DNA from: Candidatus Poribacteria bacterium
Lineage (GTDB): Bacteria; Poribacteria; WGA-4E; PCPOR2b
Reading direction: 5' to 3'
NCBI GenBank assembly: GCA_965116925.1
Contig: OZ220744.1
Span: forward strand, 6,336,001 to 6,400,000
Length of the DNA: 64,000 nt
Positions 9,778-18,416 of this stretch are shown here, piece by piece (the first letter of the stretch is position 1; the number at the start of each line of letters is the position of its first letter). Below the pieces are notes generated by a model. The model saw only the letters and a program-made list of their open reading frames with translations, was not told the DNA's origin and searched no databases. Made by a program: the position numbers and the translations under genes.

Positions 9778-10509
9778 ATGGCAGTAAATGGAGCAGTACC
9801 GAAAGCCCGTTCTGAAGGTCGGGGACCGACGATTTGGCTCGCTGGTACTCCCGACGAGTTGGAGCCGTTAATGCCGCTGGGCATTGCTGGAATTGTTACC
9901 AATACCGTAGTGCTTAATCAATACGCTAAGGAGTACGGTTCAGTCATCGACCTGATCAAAGCATATCTTGACATAACCGACAAGCCTGTGGTCATGGAAA
10001 TTGATGGTCACACAGTCGAGGAACTGCTTGCGGTTGGGAAAGTATTTACTGACCTGTCGGATCAAATTATCCTGAAAATTCCCTGCACGTTTAATGGGCT
10101 CAAAGCCTTCAGCGTCCTCAAGGCAGAGGGGGTCGAGACCTTTTGCACAACGGTTTTTTCCTTGACCCAAGCCGCTGCGGTGGCTCAAGCCGGGGTCGAT
10201 CACATCCTGCCGTTCTGTGATCCTGTCAAAGCGGTGGGTGGTGATCCAACTCAACTGATACGTGAATGCGCACAGATGTTCAGTGGCTGGGAACAGCGGC
10301 CCTTTATCATGGCGGCACTTGTCCGCTCGGTGGAGACAGCCCACGCCGCCTTCCGTGACGGTGCTGATGAGCTCGTCACCATGTGCACGGTCTATCGTGA
10401 GATGATGGACCACCCGCTCACTGACGAATGGAACAAAACCTTCTTGGACGAGTGGGTTGATATGCACGAGAATGGGTTGCTCAAAGGCGTGCCGGTCACG
10501 CTTCATTGA
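9778..10509 (+). CDS. Divergent transaldolase / fructose-6-phosphate aldolase family protein
   Basis: GIVTN, LKIP (Schiff-base Lys), TTVFSLTQA and MAALVRS motifs; AGGAGG SD. Confidence 0.82.
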   Translation: MAVNGAVPKARSEGRGPTIWLAGTPDELEPLMPLGIAGIVTNTVVLNQYAKEYGSVIDLIKAYLDITDKPVVMEIDGHTVEELLAVGKVFTDLSDQIILKIPCTFNGLKAFSVLKAEGVETFCTTVFSLTQAAAVAQAGVDHILPFCDPVKAVGGDPTQLIRECAQMFSGWEQRPFIMAALVRSVETAHAAFRDGADELVTMCTVYREMMDHPLTDEWNKTFLDEWVDMHENGLLKGVPVTLH

Positions 10510-10594
10510 AGTTGAGTTTCAATTCTGTATGTAGTCCTTCACTACTATCAATGATGATAAAAATGTTTGAGGGGTTTCCTTGCCCCGATACATG

Positions 10595-10626
10595 AGGCGA
10601 ATGGTTCAACCCATTCGCCTTTTTTA
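10595..10626 (+). terminator. Rho-independent terminator (copy 1 of a ~66-bp direct repeat, 10595-10661)
   Basis: AGGCGAATGG-loop-CCATTCGCCT followed by a T run. Confidence 0.75.
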
Positions 10627-10816
10627 TTAATTATCCCGGAAAGACTGGTAAGAGATAACCCGATTTTTTTTCAGACAAGCTACTCTGAATCCTGATCGCA
10701 GCATCTGGGAAACATGGTTTAAGGAAAAATTCAATTAATTTTCCCAAAATCATAAAAAAGTGCTAGAAAAAATCACAGAACTGTGTTTTATAAAGTGTAA
10801 GGGAGGAATCAGAATA

Positions 10817-12286
10817 GTGGCTAACGACAAGGCACTCATTTCCCGCGCCCAATCTGGAGATGAACAGGCATTTGCTGACCTGATGCGGGCGAATTATGCC
10901 TTCGTTTATGCGATCGTCATCGGAATTATGGACAATCCCCACGATGCCGAGGAAGTTGTCCAAGACACCTTTCTGAACGCCTATCATGGTTTGGCACAGT
11001 ATGAAGAGCAGACCAAATTCAAAAGTTGGTTGGCAACAATTGCGCGAAATCGTGCGCTAAACTGGTTGCGAGAACAAAGAATGGATACCGTGTCCATCAA
11101 CGAAGTGGAGGAGCACACACTTCAGGCTCCGAATACGCTCGACGACCAGTTGATACGCGACGAACAGAGAGAGCTGATTCGCCGTGCAACAGAAATGCTT
11201 TCGCAAAAAGATAAAGAGATTGCTCGCTCTTACTATCTTGATGGTGCAAGCTACGACGAATTGACGAAGACGCACGGATTGTCATACAAGGCGATTGCGT
11301 TCCGGCTGTCACGTGCGAAGCGGAGACTCGCCAAACGATTGCAATACCTGCTTACTGGTTTATCTGTTCCTCCTGCAACGACACTCAAACAGATCTACTC
11401 AGGAGGATTCACCGCCATGAAAATCGGAACAGCTCTTGCCAACAGAGGCAAAGTCCGAGATCTCTATGACCTCGGTGAGGAATTATTAATTATCTCAACA
11501 GATCGGATTTCGGCGTTTGATGTTGTGCTGCCGAATGGGATTCCGTACAAAGGGCAAATCCTGACCGGACTCTCTGAGTTCTGGTTTGATTACACAAAAC
11601 CGATTGTCGATAATCATATCATCACGACCGATGTTTCGCAGTATCCTGACGTGCTGCAAGCGGACGCGGAAGTGCTTAAAGGGCGATCAATGCTTGTGCG
11701 GAAAGCCAATCGAATCGATATCGAATGCGTCGTGCGAGGGTACATCGCGGGCTCCGCGTGGTCGGAGTATAAGCAGGATGGAACGGTATGCGGCGAAAAG
11801 CTGCCGGCAGGGCTAACCGAATCAGAGCGGTTGCCAGAACCCATCTTCACTCCTTCTACGAAGGCGGAGCATGGTGAACATGATGAGAACATCTCAATTG
11901 CAGAGATGGAGGCGGAGATTGGAAAGGAGTTGTCAGAAAAGATTATCCAAACCAGTTTCGCGCTGTTTGAAGCCGCGAGCGAACATGCCGAAAAGTCCGG
12001 AATCATCCTCTGCGACACCAAGTTTGAGTTCGGGGAGATTGACGGTCAACTGATTCTCATTGATGAGGTCTTCACCCCCGATTCATCACGCTTTTGGCCC
12101 AAGGACGAATATAAGCCCGGTAGCTCCCCACCCAGCTTTGACAAACAGTATGTTCGTGATTACTTGAGTGATATTGGATGGAACAAAGAGCCCCCGGCAC
12201 CTGAGTTGCCAGCAGAGGTCATCCGCCAAACCAGCGAAAAATATCTGGAGGCGTATCGCCTGATTGTTGGGCGGGAATTATTGTGA
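10817..12286 (+). CDS. purC: ECF sigma-70 factor fused to SAICAR synthetase (PurC)
   Basis: N-terminal region 2 (DAEEVVQDTF..FKSWLATIARN) and region 4 (GASYDEL..RLSRAKRRL). C-terminal GKVRDLY, TDRISAFD, IECVVRGY, DTKFEFG, DEVFTPDSSRFW and DKQYVRD. GTG start follows GGAGG. Confidence 0.92.
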   Translation: MANDKALISRAQSGDEQAFADLMRANYAFVYAIVIGIMDNPHDAEEVVQDTFLNAYHGLAQYEEQTKFKSWLATIARNRALNWLREQRMDTVSINEVEEHTLQAPNTLDDQLIRDEQRELIRRATEMLSQKDKEIARSYYLDGASYDELTKTHGLSYKAIAFRLSRAKRRLAKRLQYLLTGLSVPPATTLKQIYSGGFTAMKIGTALANRGKVRDLYDLGEELLIISTDRISAFDVVLPNGIPYKGQILTGLSEFWFDYTKPIVDNHIITTDVSQYPDVLQADAEVLKGRSMLVRKANRIDIECVVRGYIAGSAWSEYKQDGTVCGEKLPAGLTESERLPEPIFTPSTKAEHGEHDENISIAEMEAEIGKELSEKIIQTSFALFEAASEHAEKSGIILCDTKFEFGEIDGQLILIDEVFTPDSSRFWPKDEYKPGSSPPSFDKQYVRDYLSDIGWNKEPPAPELPAEVIRQTSEKYLEAYRLIVGRELL

Positions 12287-12362
12287 AGGTTGGGCTGTGA
12301 TGCTAGACATCTGTTGACGTACTCCCAAACCTAAAGGATTGAGATTCGCACCCATTTCAATT

Positions 12363-12501
12363 TATGGTAGATTTTAGAATTAATAAGACACTCCAAAATG
12401 CACAACCAACCCCCTAAATCCCCCTTATCAGGGGGACTTTGGAAACTTCGCGAAGGTCGAAGTTATTGGTAAATGTCCACTTATTTTTAGAATTCACTAT
12501 A
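12363..12501. mobile_element. MITE family A copy
   Basis: Ends TATGGTAGATTTTAGAATTAA ... TTATTTTTAGAATTCACTATA, with an internal CCCCCTTATCAGGGGG hairpin. Confidence 0.7.
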
Positions 12502-12549
12502 GAATGAGAAGCTAAATTAACCAAAAACTCTATTCCGCAAGACTTCACA

Positions 12550-12580
12550 AGGCGAATGGTTTAATCCATTCGCCTTTTTT
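12550..12580 (+). terminator. Rho-independent terminator (copy 2 of the direct repeat, 12550-12615)
   Basis: AGGCGAATGG-loop-CCATTCGCCT followed by a T run. Confidence 0.75.
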
Positions 12581-12736
12581 ATTGATTGTCGCCGAAAAGA
12601 TTGGTAAGATAACCCAAGTTGCCACCTGTGAAGATGTTCCTGTTATCAGCAGATGGCTTTGTCTATCTGTGGTGAATACCCTCTTATTCAACTGGTTTTT
12701 TGCTAAGTTTTATGACTAATGAAGGAGACATACAAA

Positions 12737-13600
12737 ATGGCTGAACCCTTGAGGATACTCTCAATTGGCGCACACCCGGCGGATATTTTCGATCAATCCG
12801 GTGGTACAATGGCGCATCACACAAGTCGAGGAGATTACGTCGGTTGTGTGGTGTTGACCCACGGTGCCCGTGTGCATGACGCTGTGATCAGTGACTCAAT
12901 GTTTCATCGCGAGGAGGTTCCAGATGAATCTGATCTACTGGCGTTGATGGAAGAACGCTCAGATGTCAAAGCGGAAGAAGTTCGTAAGGGGTGCAAGATT
13001 TTGGGCGTCGAAGATATCTACTTCTTTGGTGCAGACGACGCTGTACTGCTTGTTACGGAGGAGACGGTGAAACGGCTAGCGCGGTTGTTGCGCGAGGTGC
13101 GTCCCGACATTATCCTGACCCACTTTCCCAAGGAGGGCGATGGATTAACTAACGCACACGCTGTCGCGGGACAGATTACGCTCCACGCCATTTCACATGC
13201 GGGTAGCGTTGATCCGGGCGATCGAAATACACCCCACAAGGTAGCACAGGTTTTCTTCTTTGGGGCCGGTGCGGCGGCTATACCACGAAGCGTATGGCAA
13301 TCCGAGGGCGGCTATTACAACGATGTATTTGTTGACATCACGGATGTGGCAGATAAGAAACTAGCGGCACTGGATTGCTTGGTAAGTCAGGGATATGGTG
13401 GAGCGTATGCCCGCAAACGGATTGAAACCAGCGATGGTGCGTTTGGCAGCGCAGGCGGTTGTGCCTATGCGGAGGGATTTATCTCATCAAGTGCGGAAAC
13501 CCATTACTACTTACCCGTCACGGAACACGCGCTCAAAAACGCTCGTGCCTCCGACCATGAACGGATAGCGGCGAACTCTTATCGGGTTTCGGTTGACTGA
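12737..13600 (+). CDS. PIG-L/LmbE family protein (GalB oxalomesaconate hydratase-like motif)
   Basis: GAHPAD, LTHG, RPDIILTH, VDITDV..KK and AEGF motifs. Start MAEPL follows AAGGAG. Confidence 0.82.
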   Translation: MAEPLRILSIGAHPADIFDQSGGTMAHHTSRGDYVGCVVLTHGARVHDAVISDSMFHREEVPDESDLLALMEERSDVKAEEVRKGCKILGVEDIYFFGADDAVLLVTEETVKRLARLLREVRPDIILTHFPKEGDGLTNAHAVAGQITLHAISHAGSVDPGDRNTPHKVAQVFFFGAGAAAIPRSVWQSEGGYYNDVFVDITDVADKKLAALDCLVSQGYGGAYARKRIETSDGAFGSAGGCAYAEGFISSSAETHYYLPVTEHALKNARASDHERIAANSYRVSVD

Positions 13601-13663
13601 AAGACGTGGGGGCGGGTTTGCAACTTCCCGCCCCTATTGTGTGATTGAGGATTTAGAAATCTC

Positions 13664-15022
13664 TCAATAACCGCTTTCTCGTGAGGTTGATGCACACCAT
13701 CGTGATTTCATCAGGAAGTGCATCAGGATATCGCGCGCTTCGGTGGTTCCAATCTGATGCAGTGTATGCGCGGCGTTGGCGCGGACGTACCGGTTCTCAT
13801 CCTTGAGTGCGGCTTTCAATGCAGGAAGTGCTTCCTCGGCTTTTGAACCAATTCGCGCTAACGCAAGCGAGGAGTTTCGGCGTACCCATTCATCCGTATC
13901 GGATAATCCCTCCATCAACGCAGGAACCGCTGTCGAACATGATTGTGTAACAATGCCCAACCCCTCTGCGGCAACCTTCCGAACCTCCGCCGATTTGTCT
14001 TTTGTCCCTTTGATTAGCGTGGGTATGGCTTCCTGAGCGGCTGATCCCATGTCTCCCAACGCGTCAACTGCAATCACACGTACCCCTTCGTTTGGGTCGT
14101 TCGCGGCGTCTGTCAGGGCTGACACGGCGGGGGCACCAATTACGCTCAACGCATAGCTAGCATTTCGGCGTACTATCTCAGATTCATCGTGCAAGGTTTC
14201 AATCAACGCTGAAACAGCGGACCCGCCCACTGCCCCCAACGCATAAGCGGCGTTGAGACATGCCGATTCCGACTCGCTTCGCAGTGAATCGATTAGTTCA
14301 GGGATAGAGCCGTTTTCTGAGGCACCCGCCCCGTTGCCCGTTCCCAAATGCCACGCCCATAGGTGTTTCCACATCAACTTTTGTCCATCGTCGCTGGGTG
14401 TCCACTCTGTTTCCTCATTATTCCAAGAGGGACTCTGAGGCTCCTCCATACGCGTAAAGAGGAACTTCATCATATACCGATTCGTGTCGGTGCGGTTCGG
14501 CATGGCGCGATGCCAGAGGTCGTAATGGACGATGGTCATTGACCCCGCCTCCCCGGCAAGCGGTAACTCTTCCTGTCCATTATCCGGTCGGTCGTTGTAA
14601 CACTGGCTCTGCGGAAGCACCCCCGTCGGTCCTCGCACTTCAGGGGTATCTTGCGGATAATAGAATGCCATCACCCAACGGGTCGGATGCCGTCGTCGCG
14701 TCCAACTGTCCTTGTGCAGTCTCTGTCCGGTACTGCCCGGTGGGTTGTAATGGCAGTGGCGGTGCGGATGCGTGTAATAGTTTGGACCTACAAGACCCGT
14801 CAATGCGCCATCGACAACGGGATGATCAAAGATTTCCTGAATATCAGGGATTCTGGGTATCAGGTTGTTCCCTGGGTTGCCTTCGTGCTCAAACACCGCT
14901 TCAGTCTGCTGGAAGATCGCCTCGTGAAAATCGGCAGGAAGGTCGGTCTTGATGTTGATATACCCGTTAATAATAAAATGCTGTATCTGCTCGTCGGTGA
15001 GCGAATGTTTGCTGTCAGCCAT
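13664..15022 (-). CDS. Phytanoyl-CoA dioxygenase (PhyH) domain fused to HEAT/PBS-lyase repeats
   Basis: LHKD...GPT...LWH Fe(II)/2OG motifs, then repeated D-x-x-x-x-VR-x-x-A-x-x-AL-x-x-IG. Confidence 0.88.
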   Translation of the reverse strand: MADSKHSLTDEQIQHFIINGYINIKTDLPADFHEAIFQQTEAVFEHEGNPGNNLIPRIPDIQEIFDHPVVDGALTGLVGPNYYTHPHRHCHYNPPGSTGQRLHKDSWTRRRHPTRWVMAFYYPQDTPEVRGPTGVLPQSQCYNDRPDNGQEELPLAGEAGSMTIVHYDLWHRAMPNRTDTNRYMMKFLFTRMEEPQSPSWNNEETEWTPSDDGQKLMWKHLWAWHLGTGNGAGASENGSIPELIDSLRSESESACLNAAYALGAVGGSAVSALIETLHDESEIVRRNASYALSVIGAPAVSALTDAANDPNEGVRVIAVDALGDMGSAAQEAIPTLIKGTKDKSAEVRKVAAEGLGIVTQSCSTAVPALMEGLSDTDEWVRRNSSLALARIGSKAEEALPALKAALKDENRYVRANAAHTLHQIGTTEARDILMHFLMKSRWCASTSRESGY

Positions 15023-15039
15023 TTTGAAAAACTCCTTTC

Positions 15040-15271
15040 TATAGTAGATTTCAGAATTAACTAGACACTGTAGCGCAAACTATTAGTTTGCAGGTTAAGA
15101 TCACAATCTAACAGATTGTGGTACAAAAAACTATCTGCTTTTATAGTAGACCTTAGAATTAATGAGACACGCCAAACCAGGGCGGTTGAAAACCGCACCT
15201 ACCGGGGGCGAAAGTGTTCATTTATTTTTAGAATTCACTATAATGTCTACTTATTTTTAGAATTTACCATA
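15040..15271. mobile_element. Nested MITE family A (inner copy 15142-15242)
   Basis: Two left ends (15040, 15142) followed by two right ends (15242, 15271). Confidence 0.75.
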
Positions 15272-15287
15272 ATTATATTGGAAAACT

Positions 15288-16289
15288 CTACCACCGAAAT
15301 AGGTGAGGACCAAAGTCTGCCCTGTAGTATTGTCTGATTGCCTCACCGGGAGTAGCAACTTCATCGATTCGCCCCCGGTCTTCATCCGTTACCTCTACGT
15401 CTATTGCCCCCAGATTGTCCTCCATCTGTTCCATTGTGCGGACGCCGACGATTGGGCTGGTGATCCCCGGCTGCTGGGCGCACCATGCCAACGAAAACTG
15501 GCTCGGTGTACATCCTTTCTCTGCTGCAATTGCCAAGACAACGTCCAAGACATTGAACGCCGCATCTGAGAACAGATCCGCGTTTTGGCTCTCATCTTGG
15601 TAGCGTGCGTCCGCCGGGCGTGCCTCGCCGCGTCGATACTTCCCGGTGAGAAATCCACCCGCCATCGGCGACCACGGGATCAGTGCCGTTCCATACGTCT
15701 GTGCCATCGGGACTAACTCCCGCTCAATGCTCCGATCCAACAGGTGATAGGGCGGCTGTTCGCAAATGAAGCGGTTGAGTCCCAACTCTTTTGAAGCCCA
15801 CAAGGACTCAACTACCTGCCACGCAGCGAAGGTACTGCTACCGATGTAGCGCACTTTACCCGCCCGAATCAAATCGTCCAACGCCCGGAGCGTTTCGTCG
15901 ATCGGTATGTCTGAACAGGGACGATGGATCTGGTAGAGGTCAATATAGTCGGTTTGCAAACGTTGGAGCGATGCCTCGCACTGCTCGATGATGTGTCGGC
16001 GACTGTTGCCTTGTGCGTTTGGGTCTTCATCGTCCATGCGGAAGTGGACTTTGGTTGCCAACACGATTTGCCCACGTTTCCCATTTCGCTTGAATGCCTT
16101 CCCGACCATCTCCTCACTCTTGCCACGGACGTACATATTCGCTGTGTCAAAGAAGTTGATGCCCCCATCAATCGCTCGGTCGATGATGTCCATGGAGTCG
16201 GACTCGTTCGTTCGACCGCCGAACATCAAGCAACCCAGACAGAGCGTGCTTACTTTTGTGCCTGTCCTACCGAGACTGCGATATTCCAT
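15288..16289 (-). CDS. Aldo/keto reductase
   Basis: FFDTANMY, LATK, SLQRLQTDYIDLYQIH and WSPMAGGFLTGKY motifs. Confidence 0.95.
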   Translation of the reverse strand: MEYRSLGRTGTKVSTLCLGCLMFGGRTNESDSMDIIDRAIDGGINFFDTANMYVRGKSEEMVGKAFKRNGKRGQIVLATKVHFRMDDEDPNAQGNSRRHIIEQCEASLQRLQTDYIDLYQIHRPCSDIPIDETLRALDDLIRAGKVRYIGSSTFAAWQVVESLWASKELGLNRFICEQPPYHLLDRSIERELVPMAQTYGTALIPWSPMAGGFLTGKYRRGEARPADARYQDESQNADLFSDAAFNVLDVVLAIAAEKGCTPSQFSLAWCAQQPGITSPIVGVRTMEQMEDNLGAIDVEVTDEDRGRIDEVATPGEAIRQYYRADFGPHLFRW

Positions 16290-16358
16290 CTGTACCTCCT
16301 CTTTTTTGCGTTCCCTAGTTGTGTTGCTATTAGGGCAACCACAAGGGTTGCCCCTACT

Positions 16359-17132
16359 TTATTTCTCTGCGACCACGGGGTTACGCAGGACACCGACACC
16401 TTCGACCTCGATTTCAACGGTGTCGCCAGGGGCGATGGGGCCCACGCCGGAGGGTGTGCCGGTCATGATTACATCGCCGGGTAGGAGGGTCATCACTGCG
16501 CTGATGTAGGAAACCAAGTGAGCGACAGAAAACACCAGATCAGAGGTGTTGGAATCCTGCACCACTTTGCCGTTCAGCCGCGTTTTGATATCGAGGTTGT
16601 TTGGATCTAAGTCGGTGGCGATCACCGGACCGAGCGGACAGAAGGTGTCGAACCCCTTGCCGAGCAGCATACATCCCATCTCCATCTCAGCGAATTGGAT
16701 AACCCGCTCGCTGATGTCATTGCCACAGGTGTAGCCGAGCACATGATCGAGGGCATCCGCTTCCGAGACGCGTCGCGTCTCTTTGCCTATAATGACCGCC
16801 AATTCACACTCGTAATGCACCTCTTTGCCTTGGTGGGGATAGATGATAGACTCTTCCGGACCGATAGCTGTCAGAGTTGGTTTCATGAAAAGCATCGGAT
16901 TGGTGGGAAGCTCTTTCCCCGCTTCACGGGCGTGTAGGACGTAGTTCAGACCGACGCCGATAATTCTAGGGGATTCGACCGGCGCAAGGACCGTCACCTG
17001 ATCTATATGGGTGACAGCACCGCTCGTATCTAGGCTCTCGAAAGGGCAGCCGGCTAGTTCGCGGATGCTCCCATCATCGTCCAGAATACCGTAACTCGCT
17101 TCTCCATTGCTGCGATAACGTAGGATCTTCAT
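16359..17132 (-). CDS. Fumarylacetoacetate hydrolase family protein
   Basis: GLNY..H, FMKP, YECEL, NDISER, KGFDTFCPLGP and TGTPSGVG motifs. Confidence 0.95.
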   Translation of the reverse strand: MKILRYRSNGEASYGILDDDGSIRELAGCPFESLDTSGAVTHIDQVTVLAPVESPRIIGVGLNYVLHAREAGKELPTNPMLFMKPTLTAIGPEESIIYPHQGKEVHYECELAVIIGKETRRVSEADALDHVLGYTCGNDISERVIQFAEMEMGCMLLGKGFDTFCPLGPVIATDLDPNNLDIKTRLNGKVVQDSNTSDLVFSVAHLVSYISAVMTLLPGDVIMTGTPSGVGPIAPGDTVEIEVEGVGVLRNPVVAEK

Positions 17133-17163
17133 GTTTCATATCTCCTTATAGTGTTTAGAATTG

Positions 17164-18288
17164 TCATAATTGTCCGCGTGGAATATCCACGCCCGCTGCA
17201 TACTTTTCTACAGCTTCAGGATCCAACTCTAGCCCCAAGCCCGGCTTGTTCGGATCGGGTGACCACATGCCATCTTTGGGTTCTGACCACTCTTTGTAGA
17301 CAGTTTTGTCCGATTCCTCAGATATCCCTAGGTATTCCACTACCTTCAGGTTCGGCGTGGCACAGGCGAGGTGTAGGTGGATGAGTTGGTAGGCGTGCGG
17401 CGCGACCGGGAGGTTGAACGCGTGTGCAAGATGTGCCACCTTCATCCACTCTGTTATGCCTCCCACTCGTCCGACATCTGGTTGAACGATGTCCGCTCCG
17501 CCACGAGCGATGAGTTCTTTGAAGCCGAACTTGGTGTATTCGTGCTCGCCTGTGGCGACGGGGATGTTGATCGCTTTGGCGATGGCTGCCAATCCGTCGA
17601 TGTCGTCAGCCAACACCGGCTCCTCAAACCAGCCGACGCGATACTCTTCAAAGGCTTTGCCCATATAGATTGCCTGCTTGGCGTAATAGCCGTTGTTGGC
17701 ATCGATGTAGATCTCAATGTCGTCCCCAACCGCCTCGCGGACGGCGGCGAGTCGTTGGATATCTTCTCGCTCACTTTTGCCGAAGTCCTTGCCGACCTTC
17801 ATCTTGACCGCTTTGAAACCGCGGTCAACATAACCGGTCTGCTCTGCCACCAACTCCTCTAGGTTAAAGTTTGTCCAACCGCCGCTGCCGTAGACCGGGA
17901 CAGAATCGGTGTAGGGACCCAACAGTTGATAGAGCGGGACGTCAAAGTGTTTCGCTTTCAAATCCCATAGGGCGACATCAACAGCGGAGAGGGCACAGAA
18001 CGCCAATCCCTTGCGACCCACTCCCCGGACGCACCAGAAGAGATCATCCCAAATCTTTTCGATATTTAGTGGGTCTTGACCTACTAGCAGTTCCTTGAAG
18101 GTGCCCTCTATGAGCGTCTGTCCTGCGCGCCCTCCACCTGATGGGCTCAGTCCTTCGAGACCGGAATCGGTGATAATGTGCACGAAGCACGCGTTGCGCC
18201 CTCTTGCCACATGGCGGATGGTGGCATCTTGAATCGCGCTGAGATGTGGCAGCGACAGCAATGTCGTCTTGACGTCTGTTATTTTCAT
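17164..18288 (-). CDS. Mandelate racemase / acid-sugar dehydratase (enolase superfamily)
   Basis: KMK, DAN, EEP, GEH, QPD and APH motifs. Confidence 0.92.
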   Translation of the reverse strand: MKITDVKTTLLSLPHLSAIQDATIRHVARGRNACFVHIITDSGLEGLSPSGGGRAGQTLIEGTFKELLVGQDPLNIEKIWDDLFWCVRGVGRKGLAFCALSAVDVALWDLKAKHFDVPLYQLLGPYTDSVPVYGSGGWTNFNLEELVAEQTGYVDRGFKAVKMKVGKDFGKSEREDIQRLAAVREAVGDDIEIYIDANNGYYAKQAIYMGKAFEEYRVGWFEEPVLADDIDGLAAIAKAINIPVATGEHEYTKFGFKELIARGGADIVQPDVGRVGGITEWMKVAHLAHAFNLPVAPHAYQLIHLHLACATPNLKVVEYLGISEESDKTVYKEWSEPKDGMWSPDPNKPGLGLELDPEAVEKYAAGVDIPRGQL

Positions 18289-18416
18289 AAAGCATTTCCT
18301 CTATAATTTGGGGCATCGTCTAAAATTGACACCCACGGGTTGGTTTATAGGTTTAATCTGCTTCATCGAATCGTATAACACTGGTTTTATTATATTGTGC
18401 CTGTTTTCAAATATCA

